This document shows positions 56,350-64,000 of a stretch of 64,000 bases of DNA, one piece after another. The notes below the pieces were generated by a model. It was not told the origin of the DNA and did not search any database. It saw nothing but the letters and a program-made list of their open reading frames with translations. The translations under genes were made by a program, and so were the position numbers. Numbering within the stretch: position 1 is the first letter of the stretch; every line of letters starts with the position of its first letter. Source of the stretch: Actinomycetota bacterium (GTDB taxonomy: Bacteria > Actinomycetota > Acidimicrobiia > IMCC26256 > PALSA-555); the NCBI GenBank assembly GCA_003140175.1, contig PLJD01000077.1, forward strand, positions 29,141-93,140, given 5' to 3'.

Positions 56350-57305
56350 CGGTTCCCTCGCGTCGCGGCGGTGGCGAGCGCTGCCTGGATCCCGCGGAGC
56401 TGGCGGGTCTGCCATGCCTGATAGGTCGTGCTGGCGGGTGACAGGGTCTCGGTGATCGTCGCGGCGGGGATGTGCTCGGCCTTGACCTCTTGCAGCTGGG
56501 CCTGCACGTCGGGCGTGACGTTCTGGCGGTTGTAGACGTAGATCCGGATCCGGTGCTGCTTGATCTGCTGATCGATGGTCTCCCGGTCGGCGGCGGTGGC
56601 GTCGGTGCCCTCACTGATGGCCTTGAGAAACGAGGCGGGGGTGATGACGTTGAGGCCGAGGGACGGGGCGAGCATCGAGAAGATCGATTCCGACGCGCCC
56701 ACCGCGGTGCCCGCGTACCGGGCCTTGATGGCGTCGAGCGCGGTGTCGTACGGCCCCAACGCCACGGTGTCGAAGCGGATCCGCTGCTGGGTGAAGTAGG
56801 CCCGGTTGGCGGGGTCGAGCTTCTGGTAGTCGGCGACGATCTGGTTGATCACCGTCTGGACGTCCCCCGGGTTGTACCAGCGATGGGGGTTGGCGCCCGT
56901 CGCGATTCCCAGCAGGTCGCCGACGTTGAGGACCGCGGGGCTGCTCTCGTCGGCGGCCAGGAGCTTGGGGACCCAGGGGTCGTAGCCGATCCCGTTCTCG
57001 ATCACGAACCGGCCATCGGCGAGCGTTCGAGCGTCCTGGGCGGTCGGTTCGTAGGAGTGCGGGTCGGTGTTGGGGTTGGTGATGATGCTCACCACGTGCG
57101 CGTGGACGCCACCGATCTGGCTGGCGATGCTGCCCCAGAAGTTCTCGGCGGCGACGACGCTCACGACGCGGCCCCCCGGCGGGGAGGAGCGAGTGGTCTC
57201 GGCGGTCGCCGACGGCAAACCCAGCACCGCGACGGCCACGCACCCGGCGGTCGCGACCACCGCGGCGCGGCGGAGCAGGCCCGCCCGTCGGTCACGCGGC
57301 GTCAC
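56346..57305 (-). CDS. Metal ABC transporter substrate-binding protein (ZnuA/TroA cluster 9 family)
   Basis: Signal peptide. Contains VVAAENFWGSIASQIGG, NPNTDPHSYEPT, NPHRWYNP and RIYVYN. Confidence 0.9.
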   Translation of the reverse strand: MTPRDRRAGLLRRAAVVATAGCVAVAVLGLPSATAETTRSSPPGGRVVSVVAAENFWGSIASQIGGVHAHVVSIITNPNTDPHSYEPTAQDARTLADGRFVIENGIGYDPWVPKLLAADESSPAVLNVGDLLGIATGANPHRWYNPGDVQTVINQIVADYQKLDPANRAYFTQQRIRFDTVALGPYDTALDAIKARYAGTAVGASESIFSMLAPSLGLNVITPASFLKAISEGTDATAADRETIDQQIKQHRIRIYVYNRQNVTPDVQAQLQEVKAEHIPAATITETLSPASTTYQAWQTRQLRGIQAALATAATRGNR

Positions 57306-57365
57306 GGATCGGTCCTCGGTTCGTCGATGGTGGTGGAGGGCGGCCGGGTGCGGCCCCCGGATCTT

Positions 57366-57394
57366 AGAATCATCCTGAGATTGATTCTCAATCT
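57366..57394. promoter_or_regulatory. Overlapping palindromes AGAATCA-N9-TGATTCT and AGATTGA-TTC-TCAATCT upstream of the metal-uptake operon (candidate metalloregulator box)
   Basis: The AT-rich island CTTAGAATCATCCTGAGATTGATTCTCAATCTAG lies 60-90 nt upstream of the SBP start codon (57305). Both inverted repeats are perfect. Confidence 0.5.
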
Positions 57395-57510
57395 AGCGGA
57401 TCTTCGGGGCCGGCGGGCCGGGGCGGGGCGCCCGCGACGCCCGAGGACGGGATTGGTAGGGTCACGCCCGAGTTGATTGGTTGATTGCAAGCGAACAAGG
57501 GGTAGATCGA

Positions 57511-57711
57511 GTGGTCAGCGGCACGGTGAAGTTCTTCAATGCCGAGAAGGGCTACGGGTTCATCGCACGCGAAGGTGGCGACGACATCTTCGTGCACTTC
57601 TCACAGATCGAGGGCGACGGCTACCGCACCCTCCAGCAAGGCCAGGCGGTCGAGTTCGAGATCGGGCCCGGGAAGAAGGGCGACGAGGCGCGCGGCGTCC
57701 GAGTCGTCTGA
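57511..57711 (+). CDS. cspA: Cold-shock protein (CspA family)
   Basis: GTG 57511 follows [34 protein letters not shown] carries the RNP1/RNP2 motifs. Confidence 0.9.
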   Translation: MVSGTVKFFNAEKGYGFIAREGGDDIFVHFSQIEGDGYRTLQQGQAVEFEIGPGKKGDEARGVRVV

Positions 57712-57735
57712 CCCGGCGCGCCGCGGGCGTGGCGA

Positions 57736-60700
57736 TCAGCGGACGATCGCCAGGCGCTCGCGAGCGGCGGCCGTCGCGGCGCCCAAATCTGGGATCTCCT
57801 GTTCGCGGGCTCGCGGCAGCCGCGCGAAGATGAACACGCAGCGGGTGACCGGCTCGCCGAGCGCGGCTTCCAGCGCGAGCGCATAGGCCGCGCCCTGGAT
57901 GGAGTAGCGGCGTACGGCGGTGTCGAGGTCCGCGTCGCTGGCGATCGCGTCGGTCTTGTAGTCCACGACCACGAGCCCGTCGGGGCTTCGCACGAGCAGG
58001 TCGACGAAGCCCTCGAGGAGCACGCCGTCGACCTCGGCCGCCACTGGCAGCTCTCGCCAGCGGTCCCAGCCTCCGGCGACCGCGTCCCGCACCACCGGCG
58101 ACGCGAGGACGCTGGCGGCGAGGTCGCGGATCTCGCCCTCGCGGTCGGCCACGCCCTCGGCGAGGGCCTGGGCTCGCGCGGTGGCTTCCAGACCCGCGCC
58201 CGTGTCGAGGTCGATGCTCTGGAGCACGGCGTGCACTGCCCGTCCCAGCGCGGTGCCGGCTCGTCCCCGCTGCCAGGGCGGGCGCGCCTCGACGTCGCCG
58301 GTGGCCTCGTCCCGGTCGGTCGCCGCCGTCTCGGCGAGCGTGGTCGCCGCGACGGACGACGCGACCCCGGCCCGGGCGAGCAGCTCGGCCCGGGCCGCCT
58401 GCCAGCGCTCCCGGGCGTCCGATGTCGCGCTGGCCGGCGGTGAGGCCAGTCGGGCCCGCCGGGGCCGGGACGGCCGCGGGGGCGCGAGCGTCGCGATCCC
58501 GGTCCTCGCGAGGCTCGGTGCGAGCAGCGCGGCGTGGCACTGGACCGAGCCGCGCGGCGTCTGGTGGTGCAGGCTCACCACGAGGTGGTCCCGGGCGCGC
58601 GTCATGGCCACGTATAAGAGGCGGAGCCGCTCCGCCGCCTCGTGGCGCTGCTCCTCGGCTCGACGATCGTCATGGCCGAGGGTTGTCACGACCGTGCCGG
58701 CGGCCTTCGTGCCGACCCGCAGCTCGGGTCCGTGGGGGCCCCACAGCACGGCCGGCACTTGGTTGGACGGCAGGGTGTTGAGCCCGGCGAGGATGACGAT
58801 CGGAAACTCGAGGCCCTTGGCGCCGTGCACGGTGAGGATTCGCAGCGCCGGGTCGTCGGGCTCGGGCGCGACCGCCTCGTTGACGCGGACACCCTCGTCG
58901 GCCTGGCGGCTCGCCCACTCGACGAATCGTCGCAGGCTGGTCCCACCCGCGTCTTCCCAGGCGCGCGCCTGGTCGAGGAGGAACCGGATCCTGCGCCAGT
59001 GGTCCCGCGGGCGCCGGTGCACCGCGGCTAGCTCCAGCAGGCGTCGTGCCCGCACGACCGCCTCGACGGTGCCACTCACGCTGCGCCACCACCGTGCCTC
59101 CCAGAACGCGCGGAGCTCGGCCAGTGCCTCACCGACCCGGCCGGCGGGCTGAGCGTCGCGTCGATAGTCCCAGCCGCCGCCCGCGGTGACGTGCTCGACG
59201 AGCTCGGCGTCGCTGCACCCGAACGCGGATGAGCGAAGCGCGGCGACGACCGCGAGCTCGTCGGTCGGATCATCGACGGCGGCGAGGATGCTCAGCAGGT
59301 CGCGTACCTCGGTGGTCGAGAAGACCAGGCTCTGACTTTCCACGCGCACCGGGACGCCGGCGCGCTCCAGCGCGCCCTCGAGGGCCGGCAGGACGGTGCG
59401 GGACGGGATCAGGAGCGCGATGTCGTGCTCCGCGGCTGGTCGAACCGTGCCGTCGGGGTCATGAACGGGCCAGCCTTCGGCGACGATCTGTTGGACAGTT
59501 GCCGCCACGTCGAGGGCTTCCGCTTCGCGCACCCCGGCCATCGAATCGTCGTGGTCGCGTCCGAGGGCGACGACTCGATGCTCGCCGGGGTCGCCGGCGC
59601 GGTGTGCCACCAGCGGTACGTGCGCGGCCTGCACGCCGGGGTCCTCGGTCAGGAGCTCCGCGAAGACCGCGTTGACGACGTCCAGGATCGGAGGCACCGA
59701 GCGGAAGTTCTCGACGAGCTCGACGCTGGACAGCCCGAGACGCTCGCGCGCCTGGTGGTACACGCGCAGATCCGCGTCGCGGAATCGGTAGATGGACTGC
59801 TTCGGGTCTCCGACGAGGACCAACGCGCCCGGTCGAATCGGGACGTCGCGCCAGTCGCGACCGGCCGGGTGGGGGCCCCGCGCCGCGAGCAGCACCGCGA
59901 GCTCGATCTGGAGGGGGTCGGTGTCCTGGAACTCGTCGACGAGCAGGTACCGGTACCGGTCGGTCGCCGCGGCCCAGGCCGTCGGGTGGTCGCGCAGCAG
60001 ATCACGTGCGAGCACGAGGAGGTCGTGGAACAGCAACCGACCCTCGCGCCGCCGCTCCGCCGCGTAGTCGCGGGCGAACGAGACGAGCCGGGCGGCGAGG
60101 ATCATCAGCGCGCCGCGTCGCTGCTCGGTGACGACCTCGAGCCGGAGTTCCTCGGCAGCGGTGCAGGCCGCCCGCGCCGCCTCGACGTCGGTCCAATTCC
60201 GCTTCTGACCCCGCTGGGGGCGGTGGAGCGGCTGGAGCGCGAACACCGCCTGGAGCTGGTCGAGGTGGTCTGCCGCGCCGAGGAGCGCGTCCCGGGCGGG
60301 TTCGAGCGCGGCGATGTGCTGGGCGAGCGGATCGTCGTCGGCACCGCAGGCGCGGGCGCGCAGTTCGAGGAGGCCGTCGATCGCTTGGATCAGCGCACCG
60401 ATGCGGAGGGGAGGGAGGGGATCGGGCGGCGCGGGGGGCGTCAGGCGGTCGTGGTATTCGCAGAACACCAGCGCCACCCGCCGGAGTCGTTCGACGGAGA
60501 GGTCCGCCGCGAGCCACGTCATGAGCGTGGTCTCGAGCGCCGAGTCGTCGAAGAGTCCATCGACGAACGCCGCCCAGCGCTGGTCGAACGCGACGCTGGC
60601 CTCGACGTCGTCGAGGATCCGGAACCCCGGCGGGAGCCCGACCTCGAACGGGTGCTCACTGAGGAGGCGCTGCGCGAACCCGTGCAGCGTCGTGAGCGCG

Positions 60701-61011
60701 GCGTCGTCGAGCTGGTCGAGGGCGCGAGCGCAGCGCCGCCGGGCTGGTTCTCCGCCCAGCCGGTCGTCGTCCCCGGCCGCTACCCGCTCGAGCGCGGCGC
60801 GGACCCGGTCTCGGAGCTCAGCCGCGGCCGCCTCCGTGAACGTGATGGCCGCGAGGTGCCAGAGATCCACGTGCCCGGACGCCACGAGACCCACGACCCG
60901 GTCCACCAGCGCGGTGGTCTTGCCCGTCCCGGCGCCCGCTTCGACGAAGAGGCTGACGTCATGCGCGTCGCGCACCCGGTCACGAGCCGCCTGGTCGTGG
61001 AGGTCGGTCAC
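57736..61011 (-). CDS. UvrD/Rep-type helicase with C-terminal PD-(D/E)XK nuclease (AddA/AdnB-type subunit)
   Basis: Walker A AGAGTGKT, DEFQDT, VGDPKQSIYRFR and TVHGAKGLEF. The C-terminal nuclease string is GFVDLLVRSPDGLVVVDYKTD. The GTG start overlaps the upstream stop (GTGA). Confidence 0.9.
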   Translation of the reverse strand: MTDLHDQAARDRVRDAHDVSLFVEAGAGTGKTTALVDRVVGLVASGHVDLWHLAAITFTEAAAAELRDRVRAALERVAAGDDDRLGGEPARRRCARALDQLDDAALTTLHGFAQRLLSEHPFEVGLPPGFRILDDVEASVAFDQRWAAFVDGLFDDSALETTLMTWLAADLSVERLRRVALVFCEYHDRLTPPAPPDPLPPLRIGALIQAIDGLLELRARACGADDDPLAQHIAALEPARDALLGAADHLDQLQAVFALQPLHRPQRGQKRNWTDVEAARAACTAAEELRLEVVTEQRRGALMILAARLVSFARDYAAERRREGRLLFHDLLVLARDLLRDHPTAWAAATDRYRYLLVDEFQDTDPLQIELAVLLAARGPHPAGRDWRDVPIRPGALVLVGDPKQSIYRFRDADLRVYHQARERLGLSSVELVENFRSVPPILDVVNAVFAELLTEDPGVQAAHVPLVAHRAGDPGEHRVVALGRDHDDSMAGVREAEALDVAATVQQIVAEGWPVHDPDGTVRPAAEHDIALLIPSRTVLPALEGALERAGVPVRVESQSLVFSTTEVRDLLSILAAVDDPTDELAVVAALRSSAFGCSDAELVEHVTAGGGWDYRRDAQPAGRVGEALAELRAFWEARWWRSVSGTVEAVVRARRLLELAAVHRRPRDHWRRIRFLLDQARAWEDAGGTSLRRFVEWASRQADEGVRVNEAVAPEPDDPALRILTVHGAKGLEFPIVILAGLNTLPSNQVPAVLWGPHGPELRVGTKAAGTVVTTLGHDDRRAEEQRHEAAERLRLLYVAMTRARDHLVVSLHHQTPRGSVQCHAALLAPSLARTGIATLAPPRPSRPRRARLASPPASATSDARERWQAARAELLARAGVASSVAATTLAETAATDRDEATGDVEARPPWQRGRAGTALGRAVHAVLQSIDLDTGAGLEATARAQALAEGVADREGEIRDLAASVLASPVVRDAVAGGWDRWRELPVAAEVDGVLLEGFVDLLVRSPDGLVVVDYKTDAIASDADLDTAVRRYSIQGAAYALALEAALGEPVTRCVFIFARLPRAREQEIPDLGAATAAARERLAIVR

Positions 61012-64000
61012 GGTCCCTCACCGGGAGCGGGCTCGGGGTCGAGCGCCCAATACGGCAAGACCTCGGGATCGTCGAACTTCTTCGCCCACGCCGCTCCCCG
61101 GTCGAGTGGGCACACCCGGTCGTACGGGCAGTACTGGCAGTGTTCGAACTGGTCCCGCTGCACCCGGGCGTCGAACGTCAGCTCGCCGGGCACCGCCGGG
61201 AAACAGCCCCGATCGATCCCGTCGACAATGCTGGTGAGCACCGCTTCGAAACGGGCCCGCTCGGCGGACTCGAACGGGTAGCCCGCCGTGGACGCTTCGA
61301 ACGACGCCGCGCCGGTGAACCAGTAATAGGCCTCGGCGCGACGCGCCCCGGTCTGGGCCAGGGCGGCGAGGGCATAGACGGGCAGCTGGAGGAGCTCGCC
61401 GCCGAGGACCGGATCGTCGGCCAAGCCGGCGTAGCGGTCGGATCGGCCCGTCTTGTAGTCGTAGACCACGACTCGCTCCCCGTCGGCCGAGCGGTCAACG
61501 CGGTCGATGCGCCCTCGGAACGTGACCGGTCGAGCGTCCGGGAGAGCGACGCGGACCTCGGGTGCGCCGTCGACACCGAAGGGCACCTCGAGCCCGTCGG
61601 GTCTCGGCGCCGCGTCGTGCTCACGACGCAGCCGGGTGTCGACGGTCAGGAATTGGGTCGCGGTGCGCTCGATCCGGCGCCGAGCGAACCGCCACAGCAA
61701 CGGCCGGCCGGTGATGCCGCGGGCTGCCGCGTCGTCGCAGCGTCGGGCGACGATCTCGCGCAGACGAGCCCGGTCGTCATCAGTCCAGGCATCGGCCGGC
61801 GATCGTGGGGTCCCGGCGCGCACGAACTCCTCGAGGATCGCGTGGACGAGCGTCCCCTCATCCAGCGCGCTGATGCGGTCACTGGCCTCGGGGCGCGGCA
61901 CCTCCCGGACCCGCAGCACCGACGCCAGCAGGTAACGGAAGGGGCACCGGGCCCAGTCCTGGAGCGCGGTCGCGGCCAGTGCCGTCCCAACGGTTGGGCG
62001 ACGTGCGGCCTCGCCCACGTTGCCGTCAAAGGGCGTGAACGAGTCGGAGGACCGGGCTTGGGTGAGCTCGTAGCCGTGGTGGAGGGAACCCGTGGCCAGG
62101 GGATGCTCGGCGACGGGTCGGCCCGTGTCGCACCACTCGACCAGGCTGCGCAGGTCGCGCTCCTCGAGCGAGCACGGTTCACCGTCGTGCGCCACGCCGT
62201 CCCCGAACGACGCGACCACGGCCAGCCACGGCCGTGGCCCCAAGGCGCGCAGCTGCTCGGCACTCACCGGGGCGTCGGCGTGCGCCTCGGCGCTCTCCAG
62301 GAGCCACCGGGCGGGAAGGCGACCCTGTTGGGCGCGCGGGTCGGCCCGGGGGAAGCACACGATGGAGTGGTCCGCGTTCGCCAGCGTCGCGAGGTAGTCG
62401 TGGCGGGAGTCGGCGCGGCGATCGGCGCTGGTCGGCAGCGCCGCCGCGACGCGATCGACGTCGGGGACGAAGGGGTCCTCCCGGCCGTGCGGCGGGAGGC
62501 TGCCCTCCGCGCCGCCCACGATCGCGACGACCCCGAAATCGACGCCCGCCGCGGCGTGCAGCGGGCCGACGAAGATCCCGGTCCCGAACCGGCCGACGTG
62601 ACCGCCGGGGGCCGCGAGCGCGTGATCGAGGGCGGCGCGGAAGCGGGCGACGTCGACGGGGGTGCCGAGCGAGTCGAGCGAGGCGAGCTCGCCGAGCGCG
62701 CCGTCGACGCGACGGGCGGCGTCGAGCTCCCGCTCTGGCCAGTCCGCCCGTCGGCCCTCGCCCCCCAGGTAGCGGACCAGCAGCTGACGACCCCAGGCGC
62801 TGAGGCCGGTCCACGTCGCGGGGCTGGGGGGTTGGGCCCGATCGAGGAGCTCGACGATGAACGTCTCGAGATTCACTGTCTCGTCGACCGCGCGCTCGAG
62901 GGCACTCCGTCGCCACGCCGGCTCGTCGTCGCGCCGCTCGGCGGCGATCTCTGTCTCGAGCTCGCGGTGTCGGTGGGCGAGCCGCTCGCCCCATTGCTGG
63001 GCGCCCCCCACAATCCCTGCCGCCCGCGACACGAGATCCCAGTACGCGCCGGGAACCCGGTGGCCGTCACCGTCCAGGATCGGCCCCGCGACGAGCCACG
63101 CGGCGACCGAGTCGCGAGCGAAGTCGTCGTCGACGAGCTCGACGAGGCCGCCCAGGACCTGGCCCGCCATCGAGTCGGCCAGCCGGTCCGGGGCGGGGCC
63201 GTTCCAGGGGACGTCCGCCCCGCTCAGGATCTCGGGCGCGACGCGCGCGTACGGCTCCGCCACCGGGTACAGCAAGGCCATCCGGTGCAAGGGCACGCCC
63301 GCCTCGGCCGCCGCGAGCAGCCGCCGGAGCGCGGCTCGCACTTCGTCCTCGGGGTCGGGTGCCTGCACGAGGAGGTCCGCGCCGGGGACGACCGCCCCGC
63401 GGGGGTCGTCCTCCTCGTCGACGGGTGCCACGACGGCCCGCGCTCGACCGCGCCGCGCCAATGCATCCACCAGCGCGGCATCGGCGAACCACAACCGGCG
63501 GGGGAGGTGCACGATGACGATGCCGAGCTCGCCGAGGACCGCGGCGTCGGCGTCGGCGTCGGCGACCGCCGCGGCCGCCAGCGCGAGATCCTGTTCGTCG
63601 TAGGAGCCCTGGGTCAGCTGCAGGAACCGTCGGTAGATGCGGACGACCGCGCCGGCCCGAGCGTTGCGGGCCGCGAGCGCGTCGAGCGCCTCGGGTGGGA
63701 CCCGGCGCAGCTCGGCGAACGTCGCGGCGAGTCGCTCGTCGGTGCCTCGGTGGCTCGCGACCGACGCGAACGGGCCGGGCTCGGCGACCAGCGCGGCGTG
63801 CACCGCCTCGACCCGGTGCGCAGCGGTGAGGGGGACCCGCCCCGCGTCCGCGAGTCCCGGCGCACCGAGGAGCTCCGCCACTCGTGCCAGCGCGAGGAAC
63901 CGCACGTTCACGAGCCCGCGGGCCCGCCCGAGCTCGCGGCGCAGCGACAGGCCGGCGTACGGCGTGGGCACGGCGACGGTGACCGGTGCCAACGGGTCCG
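61008..64000 (-). CDS. AddB/AdnA-type helicase-nuclease subunit (PD-(D/E)XK nuclease with Cys cluster), 5' end outside the window
   Basis: The ORF is open to the window edge. Nuclease string IDRVDRSADGERVVVYDYKTG. One upstream Cys (ARCPFRY) plus C-x2-C-x5-C (HCQYCPYDRVCP) match the AddB/Cas4-type Fe-S ligand pattern. Confidence 0.85.
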   Translation of the reverse strand, partial: DPLAPVTVAVPTPYAGLSLRRELGRARGLVNVRFLALARVAELLGAPGLADAGRVPLTAAHRVEAVHAALVAEPGPFASVASHRGTDERLAATFAELRRVPPEALDALAARNARAGAVVRIYRRFLQLTQGSYDEQDLALAAAAVADADADAAVLGELGIVIVHLPRRLWFADAALVDALARRGRARAVVAPVDEEDDPRGAVVPGADLLVQAPDPEDEVRAALRRLLAAAEAGVPLHRMALLYPVAEPYARVAPEILSGADVPWNGPAPDRLADSMAGQVLGGLVELVDDDFARDSVAAWLVAGPILDGDGHRVPGAYWDLVSRAAGIVGGAQQWGERLAHRHRELETEIAAERRDDEPAWRRSALERAVDETVNLETFIVELLDRAQPPSPATWTGLSAWGRQLLVRYLGGEGRRADWPERELDAARRVDGALGELASLDSLGTPVDVARFRAALDHALAAPGGHVGRFGTGIFVGPLHAAAGVDFGVVAIVGGAEGSLPPHGREDPFVPDVDRVAAALPTSADRRADSRHDYLATLANADHSIVCFPRADPRAQQGRLPARWLLESAEAHADAPVSAEQLRALGPRPWLAVVASFGDGVAHDGEPCSLEERDLRSLVEWCDTGRPVAEHPLATGSLHHGYELTQARSSDSFTPFDGNVGEAARRPTVGTALAATALQDWARCPFRYLLASVLRVREVPRPEASDRISALDEGTLVHAILEEFVRAGTPRSPADAWTDDDRARLREIVARRCDDAAARGITGRPLLWRFARRRIERTATQFLTVDTRLRREHDAAPRPDGLEVPFGVDGAPEVRVALPDARPVTFRGRIDRVDRSADGERVVVYDYKTGRSDRYAGLADDPVLGGELLQLPVYALAALAQTGARRAEAYYWFTGAASFEASTAGYPFESAERARFEAVLTSIVDGIDRGCFPAVPGELTFDARVQRDQFEHCQYCPYDRVCPLDRGAAWAKKFDDPEVLPYWALDPEPAPGEGP

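Noticed and set aside
57560-58540. 326-aa alternative-frame ORF inside the AddA/AdnB-type helicase gene (similar ones at 62179-62994, 60002-60517 and 63067-63492)
   Set aside because: The composition is extreme (Arg/Pro/Gly/Ala). These ORFs overlap a gene whose motifs are unambiguous in another frame.
63543-63563. (GCGTCG)n hexanucleotide repeat
   Set aside because: There are three units inside the AddB/AdnA-type gene, encoding an Ala-Asp repeat. This is too short and too ordinary to be a meaningful tandem repeat.

Overview
Very GC-rich, actinobacterial-type chromosomal segment: MMPL transporter, DinB/mycothiol-type proteins, an AddAB/AdnAB-like helicase-nuclease pair, Shine-Dalgarno-led genes, and many GTGA/ATGA/TGATG start-stop overlaps. 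I call about 55 protein-coding genes, mostly housekeeping or accessory metabolism, transport and signalling. All homology calls were made by eye from the ORF translations, with no database search. I found no rRNA, tRNA or CRISPR array. The left ~9 kb (2.3-8.7 kb) is a gene-decay zone. It holds fragments of TetR, 3-hydroxyacyl-CoA dehydrogenase, DinB/MDMPI, SDR, GNAT, integrase and SRPBCC genes between intact ArsR-SRPBCC bicistrons. A TnpB (IS200/IS605-type) remnant lies at ~48.9 kb. Several otherwise intact genes carry single frame disruptions that map to short G/C homopolymers, so assembly error and true pseudogenisation cannot be separated from the sequence alone. The observations most worth follow-up are listed here. 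(1) A two-component/ABC cluster (14.0-22.4 kb) built around a REC-HTH-class III cyclase hybrid response regulator. (2) An unusual 490-bp divergent intergenic region (51.55-52.03 kb) with inverted homopyrimidine/homopurine tracts and a possible structured leader upstream of a lipoprotein/DUF1906 operon. (3) An SDR gene with an in-frame TGA followed by a perfect 28-nt palindrome. (4) Several clean palindromic operator candidates: ArsR, a metal-uptake operon, and the MarR/P-type ATPase pair. I see no unambiguous, self-contained novel system. The items above are hypotheses ranked by interest.
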